DNA of 62,183 nucleotides, counting the filler, from Perkinsus olseni (lineage: Eukaryota): the NCBI GenBank assembly GCA_013115125.1. It is 5 parts of 5 records of this genome, joined end to end, with 100 filler letters (N's around TTAATTAATTAA, not from the genome) between each part and the next. Parts side by side here need not be neighbours in the genome. Positions count along the whole stretch, not along the records: positions 1 to 12,429 come from JABANN010000793.1; 4 more parts are not named here. One strand, written 5' to 3'. Every line of letters begins with the position of its first letter. Position 1 is the stretch's first letter. Below the pieces are notes generated by a model. That model was not told the DNA's origin and did not search any database. It was given only the letters and a program-made list of their open reading frames with translations. Shown one piece after another: positions 1 to 12,529 of this stretch. The position numbers were made by a program, and so were the translations under genes.

Positions 1-85
1 AAGAACTTGCTTCATCTACAATCCGCATCCTTGAGATATCTTTCTGAATGCAGATCTGGTACATGGGCTACAAACGGAAAGCACC

Positions 86-158
86 TACCAAGAGCGAGGA
101 ATGAACTCGCGACCTTCTGCGTGTAAGGCAGACGTCATAACCACTAGACTATCCCGGC
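86..158 (-). tRNA. tRNA-Val(TAC), copy 1, T-loop variant
   Basis: Minus strand folds as a 73-nt cloverleaf: GCCGGGA acceptor, TCTGC-CTTACAC-GCAGA anticodon arm. T-loop reads TTCATTC, so the conserved A58 is lost. Confidence 0.85.
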
Positions 159-254
159 AATAAAGACCGAAGAACTTGCTTCATCTACAGTCCGCATCCT
201 TGAGATATCTGTCTGAATGCAGATCTGGTACATGGGCTACAAACGGAAAGCACC

Positions 255-327
255 TACCAGGAGCGAGGATTGAACTCGCGACTTTCAGCGTGTAAGACAG
301 ACGTCACAACCACTAGACTATCCCGGC
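255..327 (-). tRNA. tRNA-Val(TAC), copy 2, anticodon-stem mismatch
   Basis: Same cloverleaf with intact TTCAATC T-loop. Anticodon stem TCTGT/GCTGA has a T-T mismatch. Confidence 0.82.
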
Positions 328-556
328 AATAAAGACTAAAGAACTTGCTTCATCTACAGTCTGCATCCTTGGGATATCTCAATCTCAATAGTTCGGGAGT
401 TGAGAAGTTCGTGGGATCTCGAGACACACGCCACGAACAAGGATGAGCACTGGTGTGAAACTCTTTCGAGATTAAACACAACAGTGACATTGAAAAAAAA
501 CTTGAAGTGTCGACTCATGCCTAGGTCACACAGCGTGAAACCTCAAGATCTGCTTG

Positions 557-1814
557 TCACGCGTCGCCATTTTTGTTGTCCAGCTCGTCTTCTCGAACAG
601 CCTCTCGGTTGACGACTTCTTCCGCAAAAGCGTCCATTATTCCTTCGATCAAGCTTCGTTGAAGGGCCTCCCAGATAGGAAGCAGCAAGAATGTCCTGAT
701 GAACACTTCCTTGAGTGTTTCCGCCGGAAACACTCAACGGGAAACTCTCCGGCAAGGTCCAAGATTTCGATCACTTTGCGCTACCGAGCGGACAGTACAG
801 TGAAGGGGTCTTGGCTGGCAAACCCTACTTGGCTTTGAAATAAACGTTGACCGTGACCTTAGTTGACCTGCCCCATCGCTTGAAATTCCAGTCATATATT
901 AGACATTCGCAGTAGCTGAAGGGCTCCGATGCAGCTACCTGACGCGCAGGGATCCACCGAAGAGGAGCGTCAACGGCTGCTTAGACGCGGGTCCCCATCG
1001 ACACTTACAATACTAGCAGCCTTGTCATCAGGCGGCTTCAATGTGACGTTGTACCTGGTATATAACGGTACGAAGACTGTCCATACTATACGGCATGTCT
1101 GAGTGTTACGAGAGGGTGAGAGCAACTGATATTAGAGACTTTGTACGGAAGCAACAGATATTACAGACTTTGTACGGAAGTGTGTCAATACGGGACACTT
1201 TGAGTGCGACCGAAGACGCAACGAGAAACATGTGAAGACCATCGCTTGAGGCGCGTGCACATGATCGCTCGAGTAATAGACGGCAGAACGCTACCTACGT
1301 CACGACATCGCTGATCGTCGGACCACCGTGCTTGATTCCAAATCCGACGTCACATTGAAAACTGTGAGCAGTAGCCTTCGTGTCAAATTTTATCTGGGCC
1401 TTGAAAACGAAGAAAATACTGTGAGTGACTCAGCAATCCCCCAGTGGGGGACCCCCACTACGGAAGAATAGCCCAGGAAGTAGACCGAATGATGCTAAAC
1501 GGAGCTCGGAGAAGAGAGAAGCACATAAATTGTCGGTACCACCTACAGAGGTGCACCACGGCATCCATGTTGGATATCTATCGAAGTCCGCAATGATGTC
1601 ATAACACGTTTCAACGGATGCCGGAGCTAGCCCTGCATGTGAGAACAATTCTTTAGAGAGCCTATAAGGGCAGTAAAGAACGCGGCTACCTTTGACCTGG
1701 AGGCATCGCGCTACATGAGGATGTTCAGCTGCTCTAATAGCGAACTTCCCCTTACCTGAGCAGAGTCATCATTGATATACCCGGACTCACCTCGTCATAA
1801 GCCATGTCTACCAT
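557..1814 (-). CDS. COQ10-like START/polyketide-cyclase domain protein (multi-exon, 5' end approximate)
   Basis: Exon 'VETCYDIIADFDRYPTWMPWCT' matches the COQ10/RatA motif. Last exon reads 'TFLLLPIWEALQRSLIEGIMDAFAEEV...GDA*' with GT-AG introns between. Confidence 0.7.
711..752. other. Putative hAT excision footprint (8-mer GTTTCCGG), aged, inside an intron
   Basis: TTGAGTGTTTCCG-C-CGGAAACACTCAA (13-bp stem, 1-nt centre), then CGGGAAAC+TCTCCGG, each one mismatch from the expected sequence. Confidence 0.6.
1123..1180. repeat. 29-bp imperfect tandem duplication
   Basis: AGCAACTGATATTAGAGACTTTGTACGGA followed by AGCAACAGATATTACAGACTTTGTACGGA. Confidence 0.85.
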
Positions 1815-1990
1815 ATTCCACTTTCTTCAGGTCGTCTTCGTGAAAACTTCCCTCACTCACGGAGCCCTCTGATGAAGCCTGCTGTGCTCGATTACCCAAG
1901 ACCTGCACTATTAGTCTACCCAGACGACAGCAGGCGGAAACGAGAACGATCTTCCTCCCAGTAGTGAGGCTTCACCAGTCGAGCAGCAAG

Positions 1991-4620
1991 TCAAGACGAT
2001 CTCCCTGGTTGGACCTCGCCGATCATTTTATGTTCATTCTGCAGCTCGTAGAGGCGTTCCTGGAGCTCCTTCGTCGGAACTTGGGCTAAAGACTTGTAAT
2101 AGTCCCTAAGCGCACAGAGCCTTCATCCGTCATCCCACGGGAGTGCAACCCACCCTTCGAGCTCCGCTTGAAAGCTCCACAGAGACGAGTCCCTCATGTT
2201 CACAAGTTTCAATGAAAATGCGGTCCCCAGGAGGTCCAGCTCCACCCTGATAAATTGGACACTTCAAATGGACTCCCGCCCATATGCTACTGTCCACCTC
2301 CCAAGCAATTCTTCAACCACTCGGAGCATGAGCCGCAATACGTTGCGATAGATCGCGGATTCTAAAAGGCACCGGCAGGACTCACAAGGCCTCAAGGCTT
2401 GTGTCAAGAATGGCAGGTTGCCGATCGGCCCGCTTCAGTCATTATTGAGACGGGCTGGAACGTGACGTATCCTCGCTGGCCTTTCCGCCAGACAGCTATC
2501 AAGAATGCTGATTGTGATCCAAGCCCTATTAATGCCAGTAAAGGCGCCTCACAACGGTCGCCAGCTTCGACCAGCCGACCCCGCCCACGAGTTCCCTACC
2601 GATGATATCCGGTATCCAAAAGACGTTGATGCTGGCATCAGATAGAAGCTCCTTAACCAGACGGTCAATAACCTCCTCGTTGAGCTTAATATGCGAGGGT
2701 GCCTTCTGGCAGTGGACTTCGGCGATATCCAAAGGAACTACAGAGAGATAGTACTCCACTCCGCGCCAATCCTCAACTGAGCGTCTCTAACAATGGAGTC
2801 GAACTCACTCAGTCTCCACTCTAGGCGGTGCCCCATGACCGACACGTGCAATGAGTTCGAGAGGTCCTCTAGTATCCTGACAATGGTTGGTGGGAAAATC
2901 GTGTGAGCACATGAGAAATATCGTTCGCTACCGGAATATGAGGATAACAGTATTGAGATAGAGGCTACGCTCCACCGCATCGGGTATTAACGGATTGTTA
3001 ACAAACTCGTCACGGAGCATCGAGTCAACTGAAATGACGCCAGAAAGGAGCCGTTCCCCAGAGGGAATCAGGCCGCTTGCATAGATTCATACTCACCAAT
3101 GATGCCGAGCTGGTCTCTCCCATGTATTGATGTCCCGCTGATCTTGAAGTTGATAAAAGGCTCGGACTCTTGTACTGAACGCACCTGCAGGAATCATCTT
3201 CCAAAAAGGGATTGCGGCAGAAGGTTATGAACTATCCTACTTTGACTGCGTGCCCCCACAGCTGAATATTATCGAGGCTGCCCATGGCATTCTCGAAAGC
3301 GAAAGTGACGATGCTAAGGATGTCCAGATATAGCTTCTTCTCGAACTCGTGAGGGACTAGAGGATGCTTCTATAACGAGCCGTGCATTGACAACGTGGGG
3401 ACCGTATTCGCCTTATTGACTCACAGTCAGTTGGCCGCTGGCTAGCAAAGCATCTACGTACTCAGAGAGCCGCTCCTGCCGCTGTTGGGATACGTGCCGG
3501 ATGAACTGTATCAACTTTCTCGGATCCGACTGGCTGAAAGCCTGACAAAATCTTATCAAATGAAGCGCGGTATCGGCGCTCATCGATTCATCCCCATCAT
3601 AGATTCTCAGACTAGGAGAACCTGCGCCAAGTCCAAGGCGGGACAGTCGCAACTTACGGCGCTCGATCCCCCGCCGGCACTTGTCTTCGGTGAGAGTGTA
3701 GAAATTATTCTGTGCTCTATCTGAACAGATACTGCGAATCTCAAAGCGACACGGGTCGATGTGGTAGCCAACCTCTCTATCACGTTTTGCCTGAGGTCCG
3801 AGAACCAAGATGGGTACTTCCATAAGGCTAAGGGACTTGTTCAAGACTTCGACCGAGGACTCCAAGGAGCCTGCGAATCCCGAGCAATGCCATGACTACT
3901 GCAACTGATTCCATAATAAGCATGTCTTACTCTCCGATGTTGCTTTCAGAAAAGTTGCCACTGCGTCAAACAACTCTCGACTCACTTTGACTTGCTCTCG
4001 TATGAGTTCTACACGCTTCTCCCCTGAAAAGCAAGGTCCTTGAAAACCTTTAGGCGAAAGGCGTCCATCGAATACAGTCCAGGGTTTGAGATATTCATCC
4101 ACGACAAGGCTGTCGTCGGATAGTCAATCGCTTCTCTGCTTACCCACCTAGTTGCTCCAACGCTTCCGGGGAAGATAGGTAGTCTTCGAGACGCTAACAG
4201 CAGAAAACGTGAAGTTGATTTCACGGAATACCCATAGTCGATTGAGAGAAAATGGGAGCGGTTGGAAAGCTCGATGAGAAGTTGCACCTTCCGCATGGAG
4301 TCCCCAACATCGTGTACAGCCGCTTGGGCTTCGCGACCCGCTGCTTGAGACAGAATCTGCCAGGTGGCGGCGTGGTGGTGGCCGTCGTGACAGGCGGGAG
4401 TCGCTCCCCAGCGGCAGTTACTTTGCCGACCAGTAATGTCTCATTCATCAGCGATCCGACACCTTCAACAGTCGAAGATATGAGCTTCTCGACTTGGTGA
4501 ACTCCCGGTGGCGGATTCTTCGGATTTCTAAAGTCACCGAGACAAAACTCGAGAGATTCCGCAAGACCACGCCTATCCCACGACACCGGCCAGTTGCGAT
4601 TAGAGACATGCGCAGACACT
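1991..4620 (-). CDS. Hypothetical multi-exon protein with three C-terminal repeats of an uncharacterised domain (5' end uncertain)
   Basis: Spliced exons give 'LVPHEFEKKLYLDIL...LWGHAV', 'LIPDAVERSLYLNTV...VMGHRL' and 'WIPDIIESAIYRNVL...LLGTAF'. Confidence 0.6.
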
Positions 4621-5353
4621 GTGCTAGATTCGTTCTTAGTCTCGCTAAAGTATTATCCGCAAGCCAACGATCGAGTTGAGAGAATGCCAGAGGAACCCAT
4701 CCTTTGATGAGCGGTAACTCACATGTCATGCCCTCGAGCACTGCTCATCCGCCGGATACCACAAGACAGAAAACGGAAAAAAGGACGCCGCGTCATCACG
4801 CATCTCAATGCGGCTGAGCTGAGGGTCGGGGGTGTAGGAGGTCCGTGGACCTCGAGTGCGATTGCCGAGCTTTCCCTTCGTCGGTGTGTCACTAGAAACC
4901 CAACACTGCGTATGCTATGAGAGACAATAATAACAGCAGGCATGCACCAAGGGACAACGTAACCTGCCGGATCATGCCGGTTCGAGAGAGTTAGCTGCAA
5001 TCGTGGAAACAACAGGCCTCGCTTGCCGGGACCGAAGATGGGGAACCACTCACTCAGTTCAATCGCTTAGTGAGCTGCTCTGACTAGCATAGCATGAACG
5101 TGCGGGAAATTGCTACAGATTCATCAGCAGCGTTCCAGCTGGCCTAGGAAACATATCCTGCTCTGGAAGCCCAATTGACAAATCCGTCCCAAGGCTCGGG
5201 AATCCGCTTTTCACGCGAGCCGACGCCCTGTGAGATGAACCGAACGACTCGAGCATTCCCGTGGAGACTCTTTCTTACGAGGAGGCCAAGAGTTGCTAAC
5301 AACTCAACTTCATGTGTCAATAACAGAAAAAGATTCATCTGCTGAATGATTAG

Positions 5354-6863
5354 TCACTTTGAAAGCGTGAGAAGGCGAAAGTCGCGAGCATCAAGTGGCA
5401 GTGCACTGCTGAGATCAAGGGGCACGTCGACTTCAAAATCAATTCGATCCAAGCAAGAAGTATTCCAACCAAGCAGTTTCGACTCATCCACGAGCTCTGA
5501 CACGATACGAGAGCGCTCGCGAAATGACAGCAGGATACCTACGGGAAAAAAGTAACTTAAACGACTCTGGTTGAAGCCCTACTGGTGTTCTCGTCTCCAA
5601 GGGATGACAGTGCTTCGAGTAATGGCTGGATGGGGGACTCAGGCCCCGGGTAAACAATGTCGCTACCTACAATTGAAAATCGAGGAATAATAGGTCATGG
5701 AGACACACTATTGGATCGTGCAGGACAAGGGTTTGGTCTACTTGACAAGCCACTACTTACCTAGTATGACTCCGGGAGGTCCGAGCTCCTCAACGAGTGT
5801 CTCTAGTTCTTCTGGGTTGGACCAATCCAACGTTATGAAGTCCACGACCCCGCACTTGAGCATACTGCCGAGGCCATTGTCGACGGCGTTATCTCGTGCT
5901 AGGGCTATGGTCTGAGCAAGTGCCGTGTCGCAAACGATGGCAGATAGTGAACATACCTCGTCGTTGCGATCGATGCCTATAATCCTCCGCTCGGCGTGAT
6001 GGTCTCGCTGCATCGCCCACTTTGCTACCGTTAATGTCAGCAGGCCAGTGCCGCAACCCAAATCCAGAATGGGTCCCTGTGATTAAATAATCGGCACATT
6101 TGAAGATAGCTAGACGCCCGGCGAAAGTTTTGAGTCAAAAAGGGTTACCCGCCGGAAGGGTCGAATGGTACTCATCTGCTTCAGTGTTAACCTCGAGTTG
6201 TAATCGCCATGGCTAGCGGCCTTCAGTAGGCTACTGCTAGCGATTCGGCCTAATGTATGGTCATCATCAGCAGAGAGTCTTGGATCAGTACGATATGTTT
6301 TTCTAGATCGAAAACGATCTACTCAACCGAAGGTTCATGCCGCTCGACTGTATGAGCACTACAATCAAAATCACCCTGATTCTTCCATGCGAAGATCTAC
6401 CTCAGTGTTGCTGAGATAATCAGTTCGCCACAGATAGCGGGAAAGTATGATAGCTGCCGCCCAGAGACCTCGACCTGTATGATCCCCTCGAGACCCGGCA
6501 AACGAACTCCAAGTCGCGGCCTGCCTAAGGGCGGACGAAAGAGATGAACAGGGGCCTTTAGCCGTGCAAATAATCCACGACAATCTTGACATTCCTTACA
6601 GTCATTCAATCCATCGTTCGCCCAACGGAGTACTTCAATCTGAAACTGGGCCCGTTCGGTATCTCAACATCTCTGACTGGCAAAAGCTGCTCCGGAGAAC
6701 GCCGCTTGTCGTTTCCCAGAGAATACTCGACAGGCATTGCGTCCAGTTCGGGGAGCCAGGCTGAAGGGCTGACTCGTTCGAAGCAGTCAATCAGTCTTAC
6801 ACAACTCTCGGGAGTTCCGCAGAGATGGGTTGACCGCCTCACGGACAAAGTCGTCTCTGACAT
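5354..6863 (-). CDS. METTL21/Methyltransf_16-family protein methyltransferase (multi-exon)
   Basis: Motifs 'HTGRGLWAAAIILSRYL', 'LDLGCGTGLL', 'TLDWSN', 'SDIVYP' and 'SFRER'. Confidence 0.82.
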
Positions 6864-7407
6864 GTACCTAGATGAACTGCGATCGGTGACTTAATCTTAT
6901 TGGGTGGAAAGAGCAAACAATTCAACACAATTGATGTCAGTCTCTATGTCCGTGCATCTAGTCCCTTCTAGCCACCTACAGCCGCACGTTTAAGTTTCGT
7001 TGCAATCGTCGCAAGGGACAAACTTGACTTGGCAACCTTGCTGACGGATAGCATCAGCGGAATGAATAAAGATACCAACTATCATAGGACTCCTAACCAC
7101 GACCTAAGATGCACTGACCCATGGGGAGAGCCAAACAACACTCTCGACACAGCCGCAGCACGCAGCAGGCAGAACCCCCGAATTTGATTGGGACAACACA
7201 GCGCAGAAGTGACACAACAAAAGCCGACATGAGAAACAGAGGGCTGCCAGTATTAAGCCACGGTTGGCCCGAGTTGGACTAGTGCGGAGCATTCAGAATA
7301 CAGCTCGATAGCGTCCACGAGTCTCATCCTATACCAAACCGCTTATCCAGCTCCGCTTAGCCGGCCATAGAGACACAATGTGTAATCCCAGAGAGGGAAG
7401 CACGAGT

Positions 7408-8690
7408 TCACTGGATGGGCTTGCTTGAGGAGAGAGTCGCAGCAGTCCCCTTAGATAAACACACAAGTGAAAAAAGATGCTGTTTCAGGATTGAGTCTAT
7501 GAAGTCGGGATGGATCAGCCGCTCATCAGCTTCGGCGAGGTCTGTGACAAGCCAGCCTCGCGCTCTGGCCTTCGCGAGGAAATCGGAAGAGTCCCTGGTT
7601 CTCTCCTTGAGGCATACGATGGCTCGAGCTGAAGCAAAATACAATCAACGAGACGACGAGTCGATTCAGTGGCACCCTATCACGAGAGGGGAAACTTAAA
7701 ATGAGTTGATGTGGCTACGGGCTTTACGACCTTACTCCCACTCGAATGTCCTCCTAGATCATCAAGAGCTGCTAGTAGCGGTTCGGCTGGAGACTGAGGG
7801 TAAACCAGATCGCTACCTGATATGATCGCGCCGAGGTCTCTCGCCAGAGGAATAACGTTAGCCGGAGCCCGATATCCTACCCACGATAACCGACGGAGGC
7901 CCGCCTCCCTCAGAGTCGAACAGGGCCTTCGCTTCATCCAGACAGCCCCACATGAGCTTGCGGAAACTAACTCGCTCATGAGCGATGTCTTGATTCTCCC
8001 GTAAGTTGCGCTCAGCGAGCTTCAATACCTGCAATTGCCGCACTCATTAAAACTCCACTGTGGAGCTAGAAGATGTGAGTTGTACGAGAAGCATACTAGC
8101 CAGGACCTCATCCCAAGCCGAGGTTGGAACCCCAGTGTATACCCACCTGATCATTCCCGTCTGATGCAACCATTTTAGCACCCAAACTCGCCAACGCCAA
8201 GGAGACAAGTCCAGTGCCACAGCCGAGCTCGACCCCGTAGTTCTCGGTCCCACAACCTATCGGCAACTAACAGGGATGTTCTGTGTAGACCGAACGACAA
8301 ATTAGGTACCTCCAAGGCACACGATTTTCCTCGCAATGAGAACGCTTGGCAGAGACAATAGGCGAGAATGATGCCGCACTCCCATACTGCGCAGCCAGTT
8401 TTATCAGTGTCTACCGACTTGAAGCTGCTGGAAACGGACTCCTGCCTGATCGGACGTCGTCTAACGGGTCTGACGAGGGCAAACCTCACCTCAACCTCAG
8501 CTTGACGCCGCCAGGCAGACTGACTACCCTCCATGGGAGCAAGCTGGGGAGGTGGCGTCCCACGCCTTCCACGAATAGTCTAACACCTTGGTCGTCCACG
8601 TCATCGCGCGCCAAGGGAGTCGGGCTATGATTTGCATGCAGGAGCAGAGATCGACCCACCGTCGCAGGCGGCTTGGGCTCTAACGAAATA
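7408..8690 (-). CDS. Second METTL21/Methyltransf_16-family methyltransferase (multi-exon, 5' end uncertain)
   Basis: Motifs 'KTGCAVWECGIILAYCL', 'VELGCGTGLVSLALA', 'SGSDLVYP' and 'CLKER'. Confidence 0.82.
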
Positions 8691-10078
8691 AACGAATTGC
8701 TCTCGTTTAGACAAGAGAAAACGCGTAGAATGTGCCGAAGTTCTCAGTGGCAACGGAATACATACAGGTTGGGGAAACGAGAGGGCGATGGCTGCTCATC
8801 ACACACACATTACGTACGAGATGCTTCCTCATCACGATATGGGTCGTAAAAGGACATCCCACCATACGCAGATACTAACTGCGTAATTGCAACATACGTC
8901 CCAGCTACAGCACTGTCGCATGCAGCACCTCCATTGTCTAGTACCTCTGAAGTCGGTCAGTTCGTCAAGAACCGCGGTGACTTCTCCGAATACCGACACG
9001 CTCAAGTGTAAGTTAAGCTGAACCAGCCCTTGTAAATGACTCATCGATGTGTCAAGCTCTCGAGTGAGCTTCAGGAAGTCTTGACACGCACTGAGACACA
9101 GTTGATCAGATCGCCCACAGACTAGCCGCCCATCACCGCTACCTCGACGCGGTCCTGCCGCCGCTCACAACCAGCTGCACATTTGCCGTAGCTTGGCAGT
9201 CCTTGGAAGTCGTAAGCCTCAGCAACTCGTTCTCGACCGGCAGCCTGGTCCCTGGACTCACTATTGCATGCACGACTTCCGACCCCGACAGTCTTACACC
9301 TGCGAAGTTACAGATCCGATGAGCTACGAGTCAAGGACGACTCGAACAGTTTTGCCCCCCCAAATCGGTGTACAATCGCACCCTAGCGAAAATCAGTTGC
9401 CCCAGCCATCATCGATTAAGCGCGCCCCAACTCAATACCTATCATTAGCGGACATTCTTGCATCGTAGGCATCCCCAAAGGTATCGCTGCCTCAGCGTTC
9501 CCATCATCGATAGTACTTGAAGCCATCGCAACCAAGCTAAGAGGTTCTAGGATAATAACTAGGCTGCTAACAGCATCCTGCACTGGGTTTCACCAACCTC
9601 ACTGCAACACAACAGATACTGGTAGGCACTCACAAATCTACCATTCATGCATGCATCGAGTTGAGAGAGCACCAAGCGAGGCTTGCGTCACTCGTTGCCG
9701 CGGACTCAACAATGATGCCAACTAATCAGTGGTGATTATAAGCTACTCTAATCGACAGTCGAAAAAGTAGCAGCGGGAATAGAACCAATACGTAGTACGA
9801 GCATAAATAGCAGAATGTGATGATTATAAATGCACAGCTACTTCTCAAAAACCTTCAGTCCACTCACGGCAATGTACAACCTCAGAAAGCCGATGACAAC
9901 CGAGTCTTTCGCTTTACAGCATCCTTAAACAACTCGCTATGGCTAACGTGTACAGCATCACAACTTCACCGCAGCCTTCAAGACCATCTGCGGCAATCTC
10001 TTAGAGAAGCCACACAACGTCCGTAATACAGCAGTAATGCAATGTGTCAAACGAACAACTATTAACGAGTGTTATACA

Positions 10079-11785
10079 TCACCTCCTCCGCGCGGAAGCA
10101 CTTGGGGTGCATTCCACACGACTTCTCTTACTCGAGTGCATCATCCGGCCGCTGCAACGATGCGGTTGACCGCCGTAACTAGCCGGGAACACCGAACCAA
10201 CAGAAATAGCTGCAGCTGTACGTCCAGCAAACAAGGCCTGCTCGTCGACCCAATCCCATTTTGAGGAGTCGAAGACCAATGGCTTGTCATGGACTACCCT
10301 CACAGGCTCGGACAACCGCCTAGCATGTACCGCTTGAATGCGTAGGGCCCTCGTGATTTCCTGTAGCAACTGTGCAGCAGCATCTCTCTCGCGTTGAGAC
10401 CCAGAATCAGAGCTTGGACGGGAACTGTGCACCAGGGTGAAGTAACGCTGCATCGCCCTAGTAACCGCCTCGTCGATGGAAGTCGGCCGAGCGGTAGAAC
10501 CCTGCGAGCTAGTCGGAGTCGAAGGACTGTTAGGTACGGGGTCATCTGGGGTACCAACGAGCTGAGCGAATATACTGGACCGGTCAGCAGCAGCAGCAGC
10601 GCCACTATTCATGAGCTCGGCCAAGATATCAGGTGACTCAGTCGAGCGGTCCGATCCTGGGCTTGACACCGAGTCACTTTGACCATCGTCGGCGTCCACG
10701 GCGTCAACAGGGACAGGGTTCTCGCCACCGACCAAGATCACTCGGCAACCCACAGTCACTGCGCGGCAACCCGCTCTAGTTGAGGCCATCTCGGGTATCA
10801 GCTTCGTGTTGGTCACCGGCATCACCCTGCCTGGAAGGAACGCTTCCTCTAGGGGCACGACATGAGTGCCATCCAACGGTACAACCTCCGACGTGGACAC
10901 TTCCTTGAAATCCCCGTCGATCACCACGTAGCCCCCGAAAACTCCGATGGCGCTTTTGGTCTCGTCGAGCCAAGCGACGGCGCAAGCTGAGCGACCCACG
11001 CTCAGACGCGCAGAAAGCACCGACCAAACGTGAGGGGTTACTGTGGTGTCCAGCACGTAAATGAGGTCAGAGAACTGCAAGGGAGAGGACCCTACATCAC
11101 CGCCGACGATGTAGAGCAAGCCATTCTTCTCGACGACTCGGCCACCAGCCAACGGACGCGGCAACGATATCTTCATTTCTGGATGTTGAAGCCACTCGTT
11201 GATGTGCGTGTCAAAGACTTCAACCTCGGATACTAGTTGCCGCTGAGAATCCCCTCCGATGGCGTATAGGTACCGGTTGCCGACGAGTGCCAAACTGTGT
11301 CCGAAGCGAGGGACTTGCATAGACGACCTGATCTTCTTCCATCGATTGAGCCACGGATCATAAACTTCCACGCACCCAAGAGGTTGGTCAGGGTGAACGC
11401 GGTAGCCACCAACAACGTAAAGGTGATCACCGACGGCCATAGCGGCCGCCCCGACTCTTTTACTGCGCATCGTCGGCACTCTTGACCATCTCTTGGAATA
11501 ATCGTCGTAGACCTCGACCGTGCTCAAATAGCGGTTAGAGTCCATGACGCGTGAAGAGCGCCCACCGCACACGAAAATGCAATTGCGGACAGGCTGGTCA
11601 TAATGAATGAACGGTACAATATTGCCAAGAATGACATCTACCGGAATAGATGCTATAGGGCATGTCGTCGGATCGTTGTGCTTCGAAGCCAACGTAAGTA
11701 GATCAACTGCTTGAGCTCCAGTACGGTCCACCCAACGGTTACGGACCGAGAGAGCACATTTCGAGGAAGCACGTCGACCACTCAT
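10079..11785 (-). CDS. Kelch-repeat beta-propeller protein, intronless
   Basis: Repeated kelch units (LYVVGG, LYAIGG, LYIVGG; VEVYDP..NRW). First ATG at 11785. Confidence 0.9.
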   Translation of the reverse strand: MSGRRASSKCALSVRNRWVDRTGAQAVDLLTLASKHNDPTTCPIASIPVDVILGNIVPFIHYDQPVRNCIFVCGGRSSRVMDSNRYLSTVEVYDDYSKRWSRVPTMRSKRVGAAAMAVGDHLYVVGGYRVHPDQPLGCVEVYDPWLNRWKKIRSSMQVPRFGHSLALVGNRYLYAIGGDSQRQLVSEVEVFDTHINEWLQHPEMKISLPRPLAGGRVVEKNGLLYIVGGDVGSSPLQFSDLIYVLDTTVTPHVWSVLSARLSVGRSACAVAWLDETKSAIGVFGGYVVIDGDFKEVSTSEVVPLDGTHVVPLEEAFLPGRVMPVTNTKLIPEMASTRAGCRAVTVGCRVILVGGENPVPVDAVDADDGQSDSVSSPGSDRSTESPDILAELMNSGAAAAADRSSIFAQLVGTPDDPVPNSPSTPTSSQGSTARPTSIDEAVTRAMQRYFTLVHSSRPSSDSGSQRERDAAAQLLQEITRALRIQAVHARRLSEPVRVVHDKPLVFDSSKWDWVDEQALFAGRTAAAISVGSVFPASYGGQPHRCSGRMMHSSKRSRVECTPSASARRR

Positions 11786-12140
11786 TAAATAAATCCGTAA
11801 AATGTACCTAACATAAGTTACATCTCTGCTCAAAGGCACTCAACTCAAACTTGAGCGACGAACCCATCGGTTGAACTTGCGAAATGCAAGAAACCTAAAG
11901 ATGCGCACTGATGGTCTCGCTCGCCCAAAATTTGAAACGTAACGGCTCGTCAAAGTTGCGTAACTATTCGATTGCTAGTGCCTACCTAGCTTAGGCTTTG
12001 ACCTTATGGACTGACTACAGGGAGCGCCTGCGGGGTGCCGGTAGTATGTGCTGTGCGGACTTGCGTGTATCTGACTGGTTTTAGCATTCGTAATTTGGTG
12101 TTATTCTCAGTTAACTCGAGTTCCCTACGTTTTTGAAAGA

Positions 12141-12429
12141 ATGTCCGCTGGTAAGGAGGGCAAGGTTCACATGTCGATCGTGATCTGCGGGCACGTTGAC
12201 TCTGGCAAGTCTACCACCACCGGTCGTCTTCTTTTCGAGCTCGGAGGTATTCCTGAGCGTGAACTCGAGAAGCTTAAACAAGAGGCTGATCGTCTTGGTA
12301 AATCCTCCTTCGCCTTCGCCTTCTATATGGATCGACAGAAGGAGGAGCGTGAGCGTGGTGTTACCATCGCTTGCACTACTAAGGAGTTCTTCACAGACTC
12401 TTGGCACTACACTATTATTGATGCTCCTG
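12141..12429 (+). CDS. EFL: Elongation factor-like GTPase EFL, N-terminal part, truncated by an assembly gap
   Basis: '[21 protein letters not shown]' and '[33 protein letters not shown]' are EFL-type; canonical EF-1alpha reads 'SFKYAWVLD..KAERERGITIDI'. Confidence 0.93.
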
Positions 12430-12529
12430 NNNNNNNNNNNNNNNNNNNNNNNNNNNNNNNNNNNNNNNNNNNNTTAATTAATTAANNNNNNNNNNNNNNN
12501 NNNNNNNNNNNNNNNNNNNNNNNNNNNNN
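12430..12529. other. Assembly gap with artificial TTAATTAATTAA six-frame stop spacer
   Basis: N run + TTAATTAATTAA + N run. Identical spacers at 24949-25048, 37415-37514 and 49801-49900. Confidence 0.97.

Larger units (their letters stand above)
1..380. repeat. Tandem array of a 169-bp unit containing tRNA-Val (2 full units plus a partial third; array probably continues left of the window)
   Basis: AAGAACTTGCTTCATCTACA recurs at 1, 170 and 339. Units are near-identical and the third breaks off near 380. Confidence 0.93.

Noticed and set aside
1-380. Repeat array as CRISPR-like
   Set aside because: Whole units repeat with no unique spacers, each contains a tRNA, and the context is eukaryotic.
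12474-12485. TTAATTAATTAA palindrome recurring four times
   Set aside because: Always embedded in N runs; an artificial six-frame stop linker, not biology.
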